Positions 6,389-15,510 are shown, counted from the first letter of the stretch. The stretch: 32,000 bases of DNA from Desulfotalea psychrophila LSv54 (GCF_000025945.1 NC_006138.1:1320001-1352000); one strand, 5' to 3'. Program-made: numbers and translations. The notes: generated from the sequence alone by a model not told the origin.

Positions 6389-7675
6389 CTAAAAGGATCC
6401 AGGGTAAATAATACTTGGCAGCCAAAGAGATATTTGTGGCACATAGGTGATGATCATTAGACAAAGTAGGGCAAGGCACAGCCACGGTAAAACAGCTCGG
6501 ACGATTGTGAAATAGCTTACGCCAAATACGCCACTTGCTATAAAAAGGTTTAACCCAAATGGTGGTGTGATGTTACCCATATCCGCATTAACTGAAGCAA
6601 TAAGGCCAAAATGAAGAGTGCTGATTCCCGCTTCTTGAATAAGTGGCGTCATAAGTGGGCAAAATATTAAAATGTTTGAAAAGACGTCTATAAACATTCC
6701 GGCAAATAGCATAATGACGTTGTTGATGAAAAGTATTGACCACCATGGAAGGTCAAGTGCCTTTATCGGTTCAATGAGTTGAGTCGTAATATTTTCCACG
6801 GTCAAAAGCCAGGAGAACAAAGTTGCAGCCGCCACCATGATGAGGATTTTTGCTGAGGCAAGTCCTGTTTCGCATGCAATTACCCAGATTTCTTGGGGTT
6901 TAAGTTCTCTGTAGATGACCATCGCAACAAGAATAGCATAAGCTACAGAGACCACCGCAGATTCTGTGGAAGTGAAGACACCGCTATATATCCCGCCAAG
7001 GATAACTAGAGGAAAGCCAAGGGACCAACCTGCATCTTTTGCAGCTAGAGTAATTTCTCTTAGTGTGGCACGTTGTTGTAAGGGAACCTTTGTTTTGTAA
7101 GCATGGTAGACACACCATGCTGAATAGACACAAACAAAGACCATCCCTGCCCCAAATCCAGATAGAAAAAGAGCCCCGATCGAAACCCTGGAGATAGAGC
7201 CATAGATAATCATGGCATTACTGGGCGGAATAACCATTCCTAAAAGTGCTGAACAGGTCACTAGTCCAAGAGAAAATTTCTCGCCATAACCAGCTTTGAG
7301 TAGGGCAGGATAGATTATAGAACCGACAGCCACAACGGTAGAAGCCGTAGAACCCGATATTGCCGCAAAAAAGAGACAACTTAGAACGGCACAAATGCCA
7401 AGTCCACCGGGAAGGTGCCCTACAAGAGTTTGGGCAAATTTGATCAAACGTACGGTGAGGCCACCTTTGCTCATTATTTGGGCAGCAAAGATAAAGTATG
7501 GAATGGCAATGAGCGCCATATTATCGACACCCGCAAACATTCGTTGCGGGAGAATCCCTAATGGCATATTCGTAAAAAGAGCAAAAACAACAAAGGTCGT
7601 ACAGGCAAGGGAGATAAAAATAGGCGTGTTTAAACCGATTAATAAGAAGGCACACACAAAGATAAAAAGTGTCAT
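6389..7675 (-). CDS. dctM: TRAP transporter large permease subunit (DctM family)
   Basis: A 428-aa polytopic membrane protein with a typical DctM length and hydrophobicity pattern. Its start overlaps the dctQ stop by 4 nt (ATGA). It is the last gene of a P-Q-M operon. Confidence 0.9.
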   Translation of the reverse strand: MTLFIFVCAFLLIGLNTPIFISLACTTFVVFALFTNMPLGILPQRMFAGVDNMALIAIPYFIFAAQIMSKGGLTVRLIKFAQTLVGHLPGGLGICAVLSCLFFAAISGSTASTVVAVGSIIYPALLKAGYGEKFSLGLVTCSALLGMVIPPSNAMIIYGSISRVSIGALFLSGFGAGMVFVCVYSAWCVYHAYKTKVPLQQRATLREITLAAKDAGWSLGFPLVILGGIYSGVFTSTESAVVSVAYAILVAMVIYRELKPQEIWVIACETGLASAKILIMVAAATLFSWLLTVENITTQLIEPIKALDLPWWSILFINNVIMLFAGMFIDVFSNILIFCPLMTPLIQEAGISTLHFGLIASVNADMGNITPPFGLNLFIASGVFGVSYFTIVRAVLPWLCLALLCLMIITYVPQISLWLPSIIYPGSF

Positions 7676-8151
7676 CCTCGTTTCTCCACACGAACAAATA
7701 GTTCACAAAAATATCTAATCGCCATGAGTAAACTACCACATGGTATAGCTAGATAGGTAAGCCACATTGGGATTCCCATAGATGCTGTAACCTGATGAGC
7801 AGTTTTTATGCGTATTGTATGTTCTATGCTGTAGTAGGTTAAAATAAGACAGAATAAGGTACAAATAATATTGACCAAAATACCCAAAACTGCTTTCTGC
7901 TGTGGCCCCAGGACATTTTTTATAAGACTTATGGAGATGTGACCTTGTTTACCAGCAAGTTCACCTGCACCAAGAAATATCATCCATATCATAAGATAGC
8001 GTGCTAGTTCGTCTACCCAGTAAATTGGTGTTGTAAAGCAGTATCGCAAGACGACATTTACAAACATGAGTGCACATGAAAAAAGAAGAATGGAGCCAAG
8101 CAAACAACGAATGGTGGAGGACAGTGCTTCGGAAATCTTTTGAAGAATCAT
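7672..8151 (-). CDS. dctQ: TRAP transporter small permease subunit (DctQ family)
   Basis: About 160 aa with 4 hydrophobic helices, including VNVVLRYCF, lying between dctP and dctM. I prefer the ATG at 8151. The track start at 8163 is a TTG buried in the hairpin arm. Confidence 0.8.
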   Translation of the reverse strand: MILQKISEALSSTIRCLLGSILLFSCALMFVNVVLRYCFTTPIYWVDELARYLMIWMIFLGAGELAGKQGHISISLIKNVLGPQQKAVLGILVNIICTLFCLILTYYSIEHTIRIKTAHQVTASMGIPMWLTYLAIPCGSLLMAIRYFCELFVRVEKRG

Positions 8152-8162
8152 AGGAACCAACA

Positions 8163-8204
8163 ATCGGCTATGGGTTTAGTAAAAAACATAGGGCCATAGC
8201 CGAT
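8163..8204 (-). promoter_or_regulatory. Intercistronic stem-loop between dctP and dctQ
   Basis: A perfect 11-bp inverted repeat, atcggctatgg (8163-8173) / ccatagccgat (8194-8204), with a 20-nt loop fills the whole dctP-dctQ spacer. Confidence 0.5.
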
Positions 8205-8212
8205 ATAATTAT

Positions 8213-9196
8213 TTATTTTCCAATCATTTCAAGATATTTGCGTCCATTCTTTACGTTCTTGGTAAACCACGTATAAACGGGTGTCATAGCGTTTTGAAAC
8301 TGAGCTGATTGCTCAGAAGAGAGCTCACTCACCTCGACACCACCGGCTTTGATGGTATCGAGAAAATCTTGGTCACGTTTTTCAAGTAAATCAAGTTGGT
8401 AGCTTGCAGATTTTTTAGCTGAATCCTTGATAAGCTTTTGCTGATCAGCTGTTAATCGATCCATAAGATTCTTATTGATTACCATTCCATAAGCAAGAAA
8501 TGCGTGATTGGAAAGAGTCATGTATTTCTGTACTTCGTAGAGTTTCATTGTGGCAATTCCCACAAGAGGGTTTTCTTGACCATCAACAACGCCTTGCTGA
8601 AGAGCATTGTATAGCTCATGAAAATCAACAGGGACAGGGCTTGCTCCAAGTGCCTTGAATTGCTCACGAATCACAGGAGAAGGCATGACGCGAATCTTCT
8701 TGCCTTTGTAATCGCTTGGCTGATGAATTGGGAAGTTTCCTGTGAGTTGCTTAAAACCCATTCCCCAATATGTTAAACCGACCACATTATTATTCTTGAG
8801 TGTTGCAAAAAGAGCCTTACCAAAATCACCATAAATTTCGTTATAGAGCTCTTCCTTAGAGGGAAATAAGAAAGGCAGGTCAAGAATCTGGAATATAGGA
8901 GAAATGACCTGTATTTTAGACGTTGGCACAGCAATCATCTCAATAGCGCCTGCCTGTACCATTTCTACCATCTGAATGCCAGAACCAAGGAGCTGATTTG
9001 GGTAAACAGTAACTTCTATGTCACCATTTGAGCCTTCCTCGATAAGCTTCTTAAGATATAATGCTGCTTTGTGATGAGGGCTTGTCTCGATTTGATCATG
9101 TCCAAATCTTATTTTAATTGTCTTGGCAGATACAGCTGTACATGCAAACATCATGACGCAAACAGCACATAGAATACTTCTGATGATTTTATCCAT
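8213..9196 (-). CDS. dctP: TRAP transporter substrate-binding protein (DctP family)
   Basis: GGAG lies 7 nt upstream of the ATG. The signal peptide ends in TAVSA|KT. The sequence has the DctP-like KIRFGH...YPNQLLGS..., and KKIRVMPSP contains the Arg expected to bind the carboxylate. Confidence 0.9.
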   Translation of the reverse strand: MDKIIRSILCAVCVMMFACTAVSAKTIKIRFGHDQIETSPHHKAALYLKKLIEEGSNGDIEVTVYPNQLLGSGIQMVEMVQAGAIEMIAVPTSKIQVISPIFQILDLPFLFPSKEELYNEIYGDFGKALFATLKNNNVVGLTYWGMGFKQLTGNFPIHQPSDYKGKKIRVMPSPVIREQFKALGASPVPVDFHELYNALQQGVVDGQENPLVGIATMKLYEVQKYMTLSNHAFLAYGMVINKNLMDRLTADQQKLIKDSAKKSASYQLDLLEKRDQDFLDTIKAGGVEVSELSSEQSAQFQNAMTPVYTWFTKNVKNGRKYLEMIGK

Positions 9197-9336
9197 CCCA
9201 TTTCTCCATGGTAATATATTGATATAGTAATAAAAAGAGGATGCACCCTATGGGGTAAGTATAAAATAGTCAAATAGTGATATCCTATTACAACGCTCCG
9301 CATTATCAGCTACTTGTGTTTACGGAAATAATAAAG

Positions 9337-10110
9337 CTATTTACGCAAAAAATAAGTGGTGTCCTGTGGCTTTTCATAATCAAGACCTTGCTTTTGAAAA
9401 CGCTCCTCTATCATATTTTTTCGTAGCTCAGGTTCAACTGAGCCTACGGTTTTTGCTATGCCCTCTAGAAGTTTTTCAACTTTAGCAAATGGAACTCCTA
9501 TGCCAAGTTCATGATCATCCCATTTACATGCATAGCGCGTATTTGCACACAATGGAGAGAGGTGAAGAGAATCAGTCAACCATGGTTTTGCTACGCACTC
9601 AGAACATATTCCACGGTTGCCCGTTAACAGGAACTGATGTGCTCCTCCGAAGAAATATGCCCATCCTTGAACAATTCGCATGGCTTGATAAGCGTCTACT
9701 ATAAGTAAAAGAATAGAGGGATTGAATGTGGTTTCGGATAAAGGAGAAGTGCTTAAACCCAAGCAAGGGGTAGGGAACTTTGACATTGATGCCTGGGCTT
9801 TCTGGGCAATATCTATATTCGAATAAAGTCCCATAGATACAAGCGCTTGGCTGGCATCTGTAGCCGAAACAGACGATCTAAAGCCAAAAACGTCTGCAGC
9901 CCCGAAACATTTTACGCCTTCTTTGTCTGTTTTACGTGATCGACCAGTTGTTGCCAATCGTACCATGGCACAAAACGAGAGTGGCGTCGTGACCTTCATT
10001 TGTGGCCAGGCATCAAACTGGTTCTGGTCCTGTGTTAGGCTAACTGCAACTGGCCTTCTTGATAACCCAAGTAAACAGGTTAGTTCATCTTCTATTTTTT
10101 TAAAATCCAT
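9337..10110 (-). CDS. DUF169 (COG2043) domain protein
   Basis: LGLSRRPVAVSL...LSFCAMVRLATTGRSRK....KCFGAADVFGF follows the DUF169 pattern as I recall it. The gene lies directly upstream of, and co-directional with, dctPQM. Confidence 0.6.
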   Translation of the reverse strand: MDFKKIEDELTCLLGLSRRPVAVSLTQDQNQFDAWPQMKVTTPLSFCAMVRLATTGRSRKTDKEGVKCFGAADVFGFRSSVSATDASQALVSMGLYSNIDIAQKAQASMSKFPTPCLGLSTSPLSETTFNPSILLLIVDAYQAMRIVQGWAYFFGGAHQFLLTGNRGICSECVAKPWLTDSLHLSPLCANTRYACKWDDHELGIGVPFAKVEKLLEGIAKTVGSVEPELRKNMIEERFQKQGLDYEKPQDTTYFLRK

Positions 10111-10132
10111 ACCGACTCTCTATTTTTTATGG

Positions 10133-10355
10133 ATTAACTGTTGGTTTTTTCTTAAATAAATTTGCTTTGAGCTGATGAATTTTTTTAGTCTATTCATGGG
10201 CGTTAAATGCTTCAACGCTTTTGCGGAGGGCTGATCATAAACAAGCTGGGCGTGATGTCAACACTTTGAAATGATAGTAGAGTGTGCAGTTGGGATTGCG
10301 AGAAGGCTACAGTAAAAGTCCCTTGTCGGTTTTGTGCTAACATCAGCTCTGTTGG
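10133..10355 (-). mobile_element. Degenerate remnant of a transposase 3' end (copy A; partner 13481-13702)
   Basis: A ~220-bp alignment with 13481-13702. Minus-strand reading gives ..HAQLVYDQPSAKALKHLTPMNRLKKF.., a decayed version of the YNxxRPHxALGxxTP integrase-core C-terminal motif. Confidence 0.55.
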
Positions 10356-10435
10356 GGATAAGGGAAGTGCAGGACCATTCGGTGCTTGGTTGTTGTCGCC
10401 TGAAGCGGTCGTTTTGAGCGATCTTTTGCAAGATG

Positions 10436-11155
10436 TCAGGCGATACTCCGGTTAATCTCTTCGATCAACCCTTCAATCTCGCTGAGATTGCTGATGACTT
10501 GCCCGGCCTCACCGCCGCCCCCGCGATTGAGCCATACGGCGTGGCAACCGGCGCTCTTTGCCCCGTTCACGTCGTCCCAGAGTTGGTCACCGATATGGAG
10601 GATTGCCTCAGGGCTAAGATGCAATTGGCGACTCGCCTCGCGGAAAATCTCTGGATCCGGTTTCTCAATGCCTATTTCGGCGGAAGAGACTATAGCACCC
10701 AGTTGATGAAAAATCCCAAGTTCCTGGCAGAAACAGGCCAGGCCTCTTGGCCAGTTGGAGATCACCCCGAGCAGTAGGTCTCGGCTACTCAGTCTATCCA
10801 GTACTTCAATTACTTCTGGATAGAGCTGAAAATAGCCAGGACTGAAGATATCGCGAATGGCCTCTGTATGTCTGCTCAGCTGGTTGAATCCGTCTGTAGA
10901 GACATCTGTCCTCGTGAACAAACGGCGGGTAAATTCCTGCCAAAATAGTACCTTGTCGTACTCTGACAGGTTGGGCGCGTAGGCATCAGCGTAGTACTCA
11001 AAGATGTCATAGATGACATCATGTTGCCATGGTGCTGCCTGTAGTCCCTGCCCCATCAGATAGTGCATGTACGCTTTGCCTCTACTTATGTCGTTTCGGC
11101 AATGGATCAGCGTTTCATAGAAATCAAAAGTTACTCCTTCGATCTGTTTCATCAT
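10436..11155 (-). CDS. HAD-superfamily hydrolase, subfamily IA (haloacid dehalogenase-like)
   Basis: Motif I is VTFDFYETL (DxYxT variant), motif II is GVISNW, and motif IV is HIGDQLWDDVNGAKSAG. GAGGAG lies just upstream of the start. Confidence 0.8.
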   Translation of the reverse strand: MMKQIEGVTFDFYETLIHCRNDISRGKAYMHYLMGQGLQAAPWQHDVIYDIFEYYADAYAPNLSEYDKVLFWQEFTRRLFTRTDVSTDGFNQLSRHTEAIRDIFSPGYFQLYPEVIEVLDRLSSRDLLLGVISNWPRGLACFCQELGIFHQLGAIVSSAEIGIEKPDPEIFREASRQLHLSPEAILHIGDQLWDDVNGAKSAGCHAVWLNRGGGGEAGQVISNLSEIEGLIEEINRSIA

Positions 11156-12308
11156 GCTCCTCTGTGCCTTTTTTTGCCATTATTCCACCTCAGGGTATAA
11201 TTGATAGAGGCCAGAGCTGGCTTTCTCCTATTGTCTATTACACCCGAAAATCTCTCATTGTTTTAAACACTTATTACGTACTCTTTCCATTTTTATAGTT
11301 TCTTATGTTGGCCAAGCAAGAATGATGCGAACAGCGAGTCGGTGGATGCTTGAGATTTCACCACTGGCAGCCGAGAACACGAAGTTTTCGTATGAGATAA
11401 AAAGAGTTGCTTTGTAGGGGCTGTTGCAGTTTTTTTTCTCTCCACCACTCCGCTTCACTGCTGTCCTTTTTTTCGTTTTTCTCGCTACTCCTCTCACTTT
11501 TAATTTTTTAGGCAGTGGCAGTTTACCAAAAAATCTCTGTGCCCTCTGTGGTTAACTTTTTTCGCTTTTAACTGACAGCTGATAGCTGTACTTCTCTCGC
11601 CATTCCGCTCCGCTTCACTGCTACAGCTATGCCGAACCGACGAGGCACGAGTAAAACTGAAACGACTTCACCGAAACTTTAAGAGTTATGCTGTACTAGG
11701 CTGCTGTCTATAATGTGATTGATGGATTGCTGAAAAAGTGTTGCTAAAGTAATGGTTTGACGTGTTTTTCATGGCTAAGCCTTGTTTTAGGCCTATTGTT
11801 TCGCTAGAATTAAGGTGTGACTCTTTTATAGAATTGTCTCTCAAATAGTGAAAAAAACCAACCCCAAAAAAATACCATAAAATGGTAATTCAAAACGGTG
11901 ATAATGACATGACCAAACACTTTGAGGTGAAGTTTCACGAGCACTATGTAACAAGTCTGGCTGATATCTGTATCAATATGAGTAGTGGTTCCGTTCACTC
12001 TATGGCTACAGAATGTACGGAAAAAGAATTTAACCAATACATTAACGGCCTTATCAGTGATCTTGAGCGAATTCGACAAGAAGGAAACGAGAAATTTCTG
12101 GCAGCAAAAAACGCATCCAGAGGAAGGGGGTCAAGTCTTACCTGAAATGGGGCCATACCATGCGCCCGCCAGTTTTAAATGCAATGGGCTCAGCAGCTAC
12201 ACTCTTTCGGACTCGTTAACTGGTTGATTCGTTATACAGAACTGATAAACTGCTTGGATTTATAGGCTTATTTATTTGAAAAAGTGCTGACGGTGGATGT
12301 ACATTTGA

Positions 12309-12680
12309 ATGAACACGTTCCTTGATTATTTTTTTATCATATTTCATGGTGGCCTGGTTATATTTAACCTGACAGGTTGGGCGTGGAGAAGGACACGACG
12401 CATACATTTGCTGACTATTGGCCTGACTGTCTTGTCCTGGTTCGGGATAGGAATATTTTACGGATGGGGCTATTGCCCCTGTACGGACTGGCATTGGCAG
12501 GTTAAGCATGAACTCGGAGCAACTCACCTACCGAATTCATATGTCAAATACTATGTAGACAGGCTGACAGGATTGAGCTGGGACTCTTTGCTAGTGGATG
12601 CGGTAGTCTTGACTCTGGGCGTTTTGGCATTTGTTCTGTCATCTTGGCTCAATATCCGGGATCATCGTTCTCAACGATAG
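12309..12680 (+). CDS. DUF2784-like small membrane protein
   Basis: 123 aa with three or four hydrophobic segments and a central GWGYCPCTDW motif that resembles the GW.CPLT motif of DUF2784. Family recognition is from memory. Two decayed paralogous fragments lie at 551-596 and 5830-6058. Confidence 0.55.
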   Translation: MNTFLDYFFIIFHGGLVIFNLTGWAWRRTRRIHLLTIGLTVLSWFGIGIFYGWGYCPCTDWHWQVKHELGATHLPNSYVKYYVDRLTGLSWDSLLVDAVVLTLGVLAFVLSSWLNIRDHRSQR

Positions 12681-12884
12681 GCGGCACGATGATTCATTGT
12701 TGCAGTAGATCGCAGGCTTTCCTATAGGCAGCAAATTCGGCTTTGAGGGGCAGTCGTTTTTGCCTCCAGTTTTTGGGCCCGCGCCTGATTCAGTCTATCC
12801 CACCCCCTACATTGATCAGTTTCTTCGGCCATTCCTCAATAAGCAGAGGGGCAGGCCTTCGAATCGCCTCGGATCACCAGTTAG

Positions 12885-12919
12885 GGCACTTACGGTTTCG
12901 ACTGTAAGCGCCTTTTTTT
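12885..12919 (+). terminator. Rho-independent terminator
   Basis: ggcacttacgg / ctgtaagcgcc forms an 11-bp stem with one mismatch and one G-U pair, with loop tttcga. It is followed by ttttttt. Confidence 0.6.
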
Positions 12920-12950
12920 GTTCTGGGGTAGGGGGCACCAGGGTACAATG

Positions 12951-13193
12951 CTATAAGAGCCAATCAATATTGTCTCTATGAAATTCTTGACCTGCTATCT
13001 GTTGGGAGAGCTCTTTTCTTCGGTCTTTAGTCAAATGGGCACATTTAGTGAAAAATTTTTCTCTACAGGTTGTGCTTACAAAATAACAACCGCAAGTAGG
13101 GCATTCAATTTTATACTGAATTTTATCGGTCGCACGAGGAGTAGTGATCTTCGCAGTTTTTAAACAAATAGAACATTTAAAAGGATTATCCAT
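12951..13193 (-). CDS. Small zinc-ribbon protein (80 aa), unknown function
   Basis: The ATG at 13193 is preceded by AGGAGGG at 5-nt spacing. The translation is MDNPFKCSICLKTAKITTPRATDKIQYKIECPTCGCYF..., with CxxC...CxxC. Confidence 0.55.
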   Translation of the reverse strand: MDNPFKCSICLKTAKITTPRATDKIQYKIECPTCGCYFVSTTCREKFFTKCAHLTKDRRKELSQQIAGQEFHRDNIDWLL

Positions 13194-13210
13194 TTTTTCC
13201 CTCCTTTTTT

Positions 13211-13236
13211 CAAAACTCGTCATACGACCTGACGAG
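13211..13236 (-). terminator. Terminator-like hairpin in the leader of the zinc-ribbon gene
   Basis: The minus strand reads ctcgtca ggtcgta tgacgag ttttg, a 7-bp perfect stem. It sits immediately 5' of the RBS. Confidence 0.4.
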
Positions 13237-13399
13237 CATTGGCAGTGTCTGCCCAAATGCCTTAAATTGCTCCTCTCATCACAGGAATTACCCTGTCGCA
13301 TCAGCTTAACTGCTTAATTATAGGTTATAAGGAAGAAATAGTGTAGGACGGAAATGATGGTCGTTGGTGCACTCCTTTGCAAGGAATGGCTGTAGGTGT

Positions 13400-13606
13400 T
13401 TAGGATGGCAGGAGCATATGGGAGATATCCAGTTTTGGATAATAATTTGTTGTCTTTTTCCAGGTGCTGGATTCTCGACGATTGATTGGTCTTTTTTTTA
13501 ATAAATTTGGTTTGAGCTGCTGAAACTCTTTTAGCTTATAGATGGGCGTTAAATACCCCAATGCTTTTTGTGGAGGGCGATTGTAAATAAGATGGTCGTG
13601 TTTCAA
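13400..13606 (-). pseudogene. C-terminal fragment of an integrase-core (DDE) transposase (copy B of the repeat 13481-13702)
   Basis: The ORF begins MKHDHLIYNRPPQKALGYLTPIYKLKEF, which is the conserved YNxxRPHxALGxxTP tail of IS3/IS481/IS30-type transposases. No upstream catalytic domain is present. Confidence 0.55.
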
Positions 13607-13792
13607 CTTATTGAAATGATGTCATAATGTGCTTTTCGGATTGCGAGATGGCTACTGTAAAAGTTTCTTGTCAGTTTTGTGGTAAGGTCAGCTCTGGTAA
13701 AGGAGCAACGGGTATCGGCGATTTCGCTGCTTGGACTGCCGCAAAATCTTTCAGTTAGATTGATCTTCCTTCCGTGTTGAGCCCATACTATA

Positions 13793-13905
13793 GTGCGAGG
13801 AGAGGCTGATTCTGTTCCCCTATGCTGGGGCTGATCCTCAATTCCTTACAGGCACTTATTGACGCCACCCCCCGGGGCACCCCCTGGATAGGGAGAAAAT
13901 CTTAG
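13793..13905 (+). pseudogene. Internally deleted 3' fragment of a Fic gene (fragment 1)
   Basis: agtgcgaggagaggctgattctgttccc...ctggggctgatcctcaattccttacaggcacttattgacgccacccccc parallels the Fic region STEQADSAPF..MLGVILDSLQLLIDDTPQV at 5160-5250. Confidence 0.55.
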
Positions 13906-14200
13906 GGGAAGGATATTTCAGAGCCAACTGCTAAACCATTTTCCTGCAGGAATATCTTCTGCTTCTCTGTTGTCTCGAGGCGCTCAGCAGTGCCCTGCTG
14001 AATTTTTGGATGAGCTGAACAACTGTTCCCTGCCATTCACTACCCTTCGCCTGTCTCTTAATATGCACATCGATTTGCAAGTTCTTTTCACTAAGTTTCA
14101 GACCTGCTATGTCATCAACCCTTGGTACCTCCGACATATCCAGTAAGTCATGAAATTCCTGGATCAAAAAAGGATTTGTTAAAAATCTATTTTCAAACAT
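13902..14200 (-). pseudogene. Frameshifted copy of the small conserved ORF (paralog of 15794-16144)
   Basis: MFENRFLTNPFLIQEFHDLLDMSEVPRVDDIAGLKLSEKNLQIDVHIKRQAKGSEWQGTVV matches the paralog. After GTVV, the paralog-like sequence (SAHPKIQQGTAERLETTEKQKIFLQENGLAVGSEISFP*) continues in another frame and ends at 13902. Confidence 0.5.
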
Positions 14201-14327
14201 TCTTTTCTCTCTTTTGTCAGTAACGAATAAATTATTATCGAGAAACTGGATATCTGCCCATAAGGCTGATTGTTGCCTGCTCCAGATTGCATTCCATCCT
14301 TACGATCAGTTGAAGCGTTCACTGCGG

Positions 14328-14356
14328 TTATTATCAAGAAAGTCATATAAAATCAA
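14328..14356 (-). promoter_or_regulatory. Candidate sigma70-type promoter of small-ORF copy 1
   Basis: The minus strand reads TTGATT-17 nt-TAATAA. The same arrangement is conserved at 16278-16306. Confidence 0.3.
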
Positions 14357-14507
14357 GGAGTTTTGGTTTGGTGAAAAGAGAAAAAAGCAGCTAACCACAG
14401 AGATCATAGAGGACACAGAGGGGATTAATTAAAGAGCAGCAGCGAGCGACAACGAGTAGCGAAATTAAGCTGACAGCTATCAGCTATTAGCTAACAGCTT
14501 GATTTCA

Positions 14508-14575
14508 CCCCATTGGCACGAAGCTGAGCAGTGGGAAGTTGGCGGCAATAGAGTTTGAGCTGTTTGAGTTAGTCT
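14508..14575. repeat. Dispersed short repeat, family 1 (partner 5543-5610)
   Basis: See the alignment given for 5543-5610. Confidence 0.7.
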
Positions 14576-14721
14576 TTTCCTATCTCAAAGAGCGGACAGC
14601 TGATCCGATCATTTCGGCGGTCTCGGCTTCCGTTAGGGAGTTATCTGAGGTTTGCGGTAGGTCAGATTAACAGGGGCAGCGCCTGGCCTTTTTCCTCCAG
14701 ATATGCATTCATAAAGGCCTT

Positions 14722-14850
14722 TTATTCCTCCCTGTATGTAGCCCATGACTCTTTCTGGAAAGTTTGTCGACAATCCGGGCAGCGAAACCTTTGATGTCCA
14801 CTACTTTCCTTACCGTGCCGTAAAGCCGACACTACCTTTGCTGTATCCAT
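14722..14850 (-). pseudogene. IS1/IS1595-like transposase N-terminal zinc-ribbon fragment
   Basis: Minus-strand reading gives MDTAKVVSALRHGKESSGHQRFRCPDCRQTFQKESWATYREE*. GHQRFRCPDCRQTFQ resembles the InsA-type motif G.QRYRC..C..TF. Nothing transposase-like follows. Confidence 0.4.
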
Positions 14851-15000
14851 GTCATAACCTAAAAAGCACCCTATCCCCTCGCCTTAAAGTGCTGGAGCGA
14901 CTGCCCTGCAGCTTTACTTTCAGGCTAACAAATTATAATATAACATATGATGGCTTCGGCTGAAAAGAGACCAAGATTTGCTTAGATGGAGGTAATGCCA

Positions 15001-15510
15001 ATGAGAAGACTCACTTTAATAGGTGCAACAATTTTTACTCTGGTAATGTGCATCTCTTTACCTGCTTTTGCCGATTCTCCCAATAAGGAGATACGTGAAG
15101 CTCAAAACAGATACGGGGGGCAGGAACGACAAGATCGCAAAGATTATAGGAAGATGGAACGGCAAGAACAAAAACATTATAAGGACATGAAGCGGGAGGG
15201 ACGCAAGCATCGTAAGGAGATGAGGAGGGATTCCCGTAGGGGCCCGGATTACGGCAGATATCGTGGCTATAAAAAACGCCCCTACGACAAACATCGTTCT
15301 TACAAGCACCGCAATTATAGAGGACATCGGTATGATTACCGTGGCCATTGGAGATCCTGGGATGAGTGGGATAGATATGCGAGAAAGAATCCACAGCTCT
15401 ACAAAAATGGCAGATACTACGGCAGGTACTACCGTGAAGATTCCCATTTAATGTTCAGACTCTGTGAGCCTGGCACAGGCAGCTGCATCTTTTTCTCAAT
15501 AGGAAGGTGA
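15001..15510 (+). CDS. Secreted hyper-basic Arg/Lys/Tyr/His-rich repeat protein, unknown function
   Basis: GGAGG lies 8 nt upstream of the ATG at 15001. The signal peptide is MRRLTLIGATIFTLVMCISLPAFA|DS. Degenerate ~11-residue repeats follow (QDRKDYRKMER / QEQKHYKDMKR / EGRKHRKEMRR ...). The tail is Trp/Tyr-rich with two Cys. Confidence 0.6.
   Translation: MRRLTLIGATIFTLVMCISLPAFADSPNKEIREAQNRYGGQERQDRKDYRKMERQEQKHYKDMKREGRKHRKEMRRDSRRGPDYGRYRGYKKRPYDKHRSYKHRNYRGHRYDYRGHWRSWDEWDRYARKNPQLYKNGRYYGRYYREDSHLMFRLCEPGTGSCIFFSIGR

Noticed and set aside
11882-12145. 87-aa ORF (MVIQNGDNDMTKHFEVKFHEHYV...) as a possible small gene
   Set aside because: It has no convincing RBS before either ATG and no recognisable motif, and it lies in repeat-rich decayed sequence. 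I cannot support it as a feature, though it is not excluded.
15035-15447. Two overlapping minus-strand ORFs (119 and 129 aa) opposite the basic protein gene
   Set aside because: They are a by-product of the purine-rich repetitive coding strand. The plus-strand ORF has a strong RBS and a signal peptide, and the antisense ORFs have neither.
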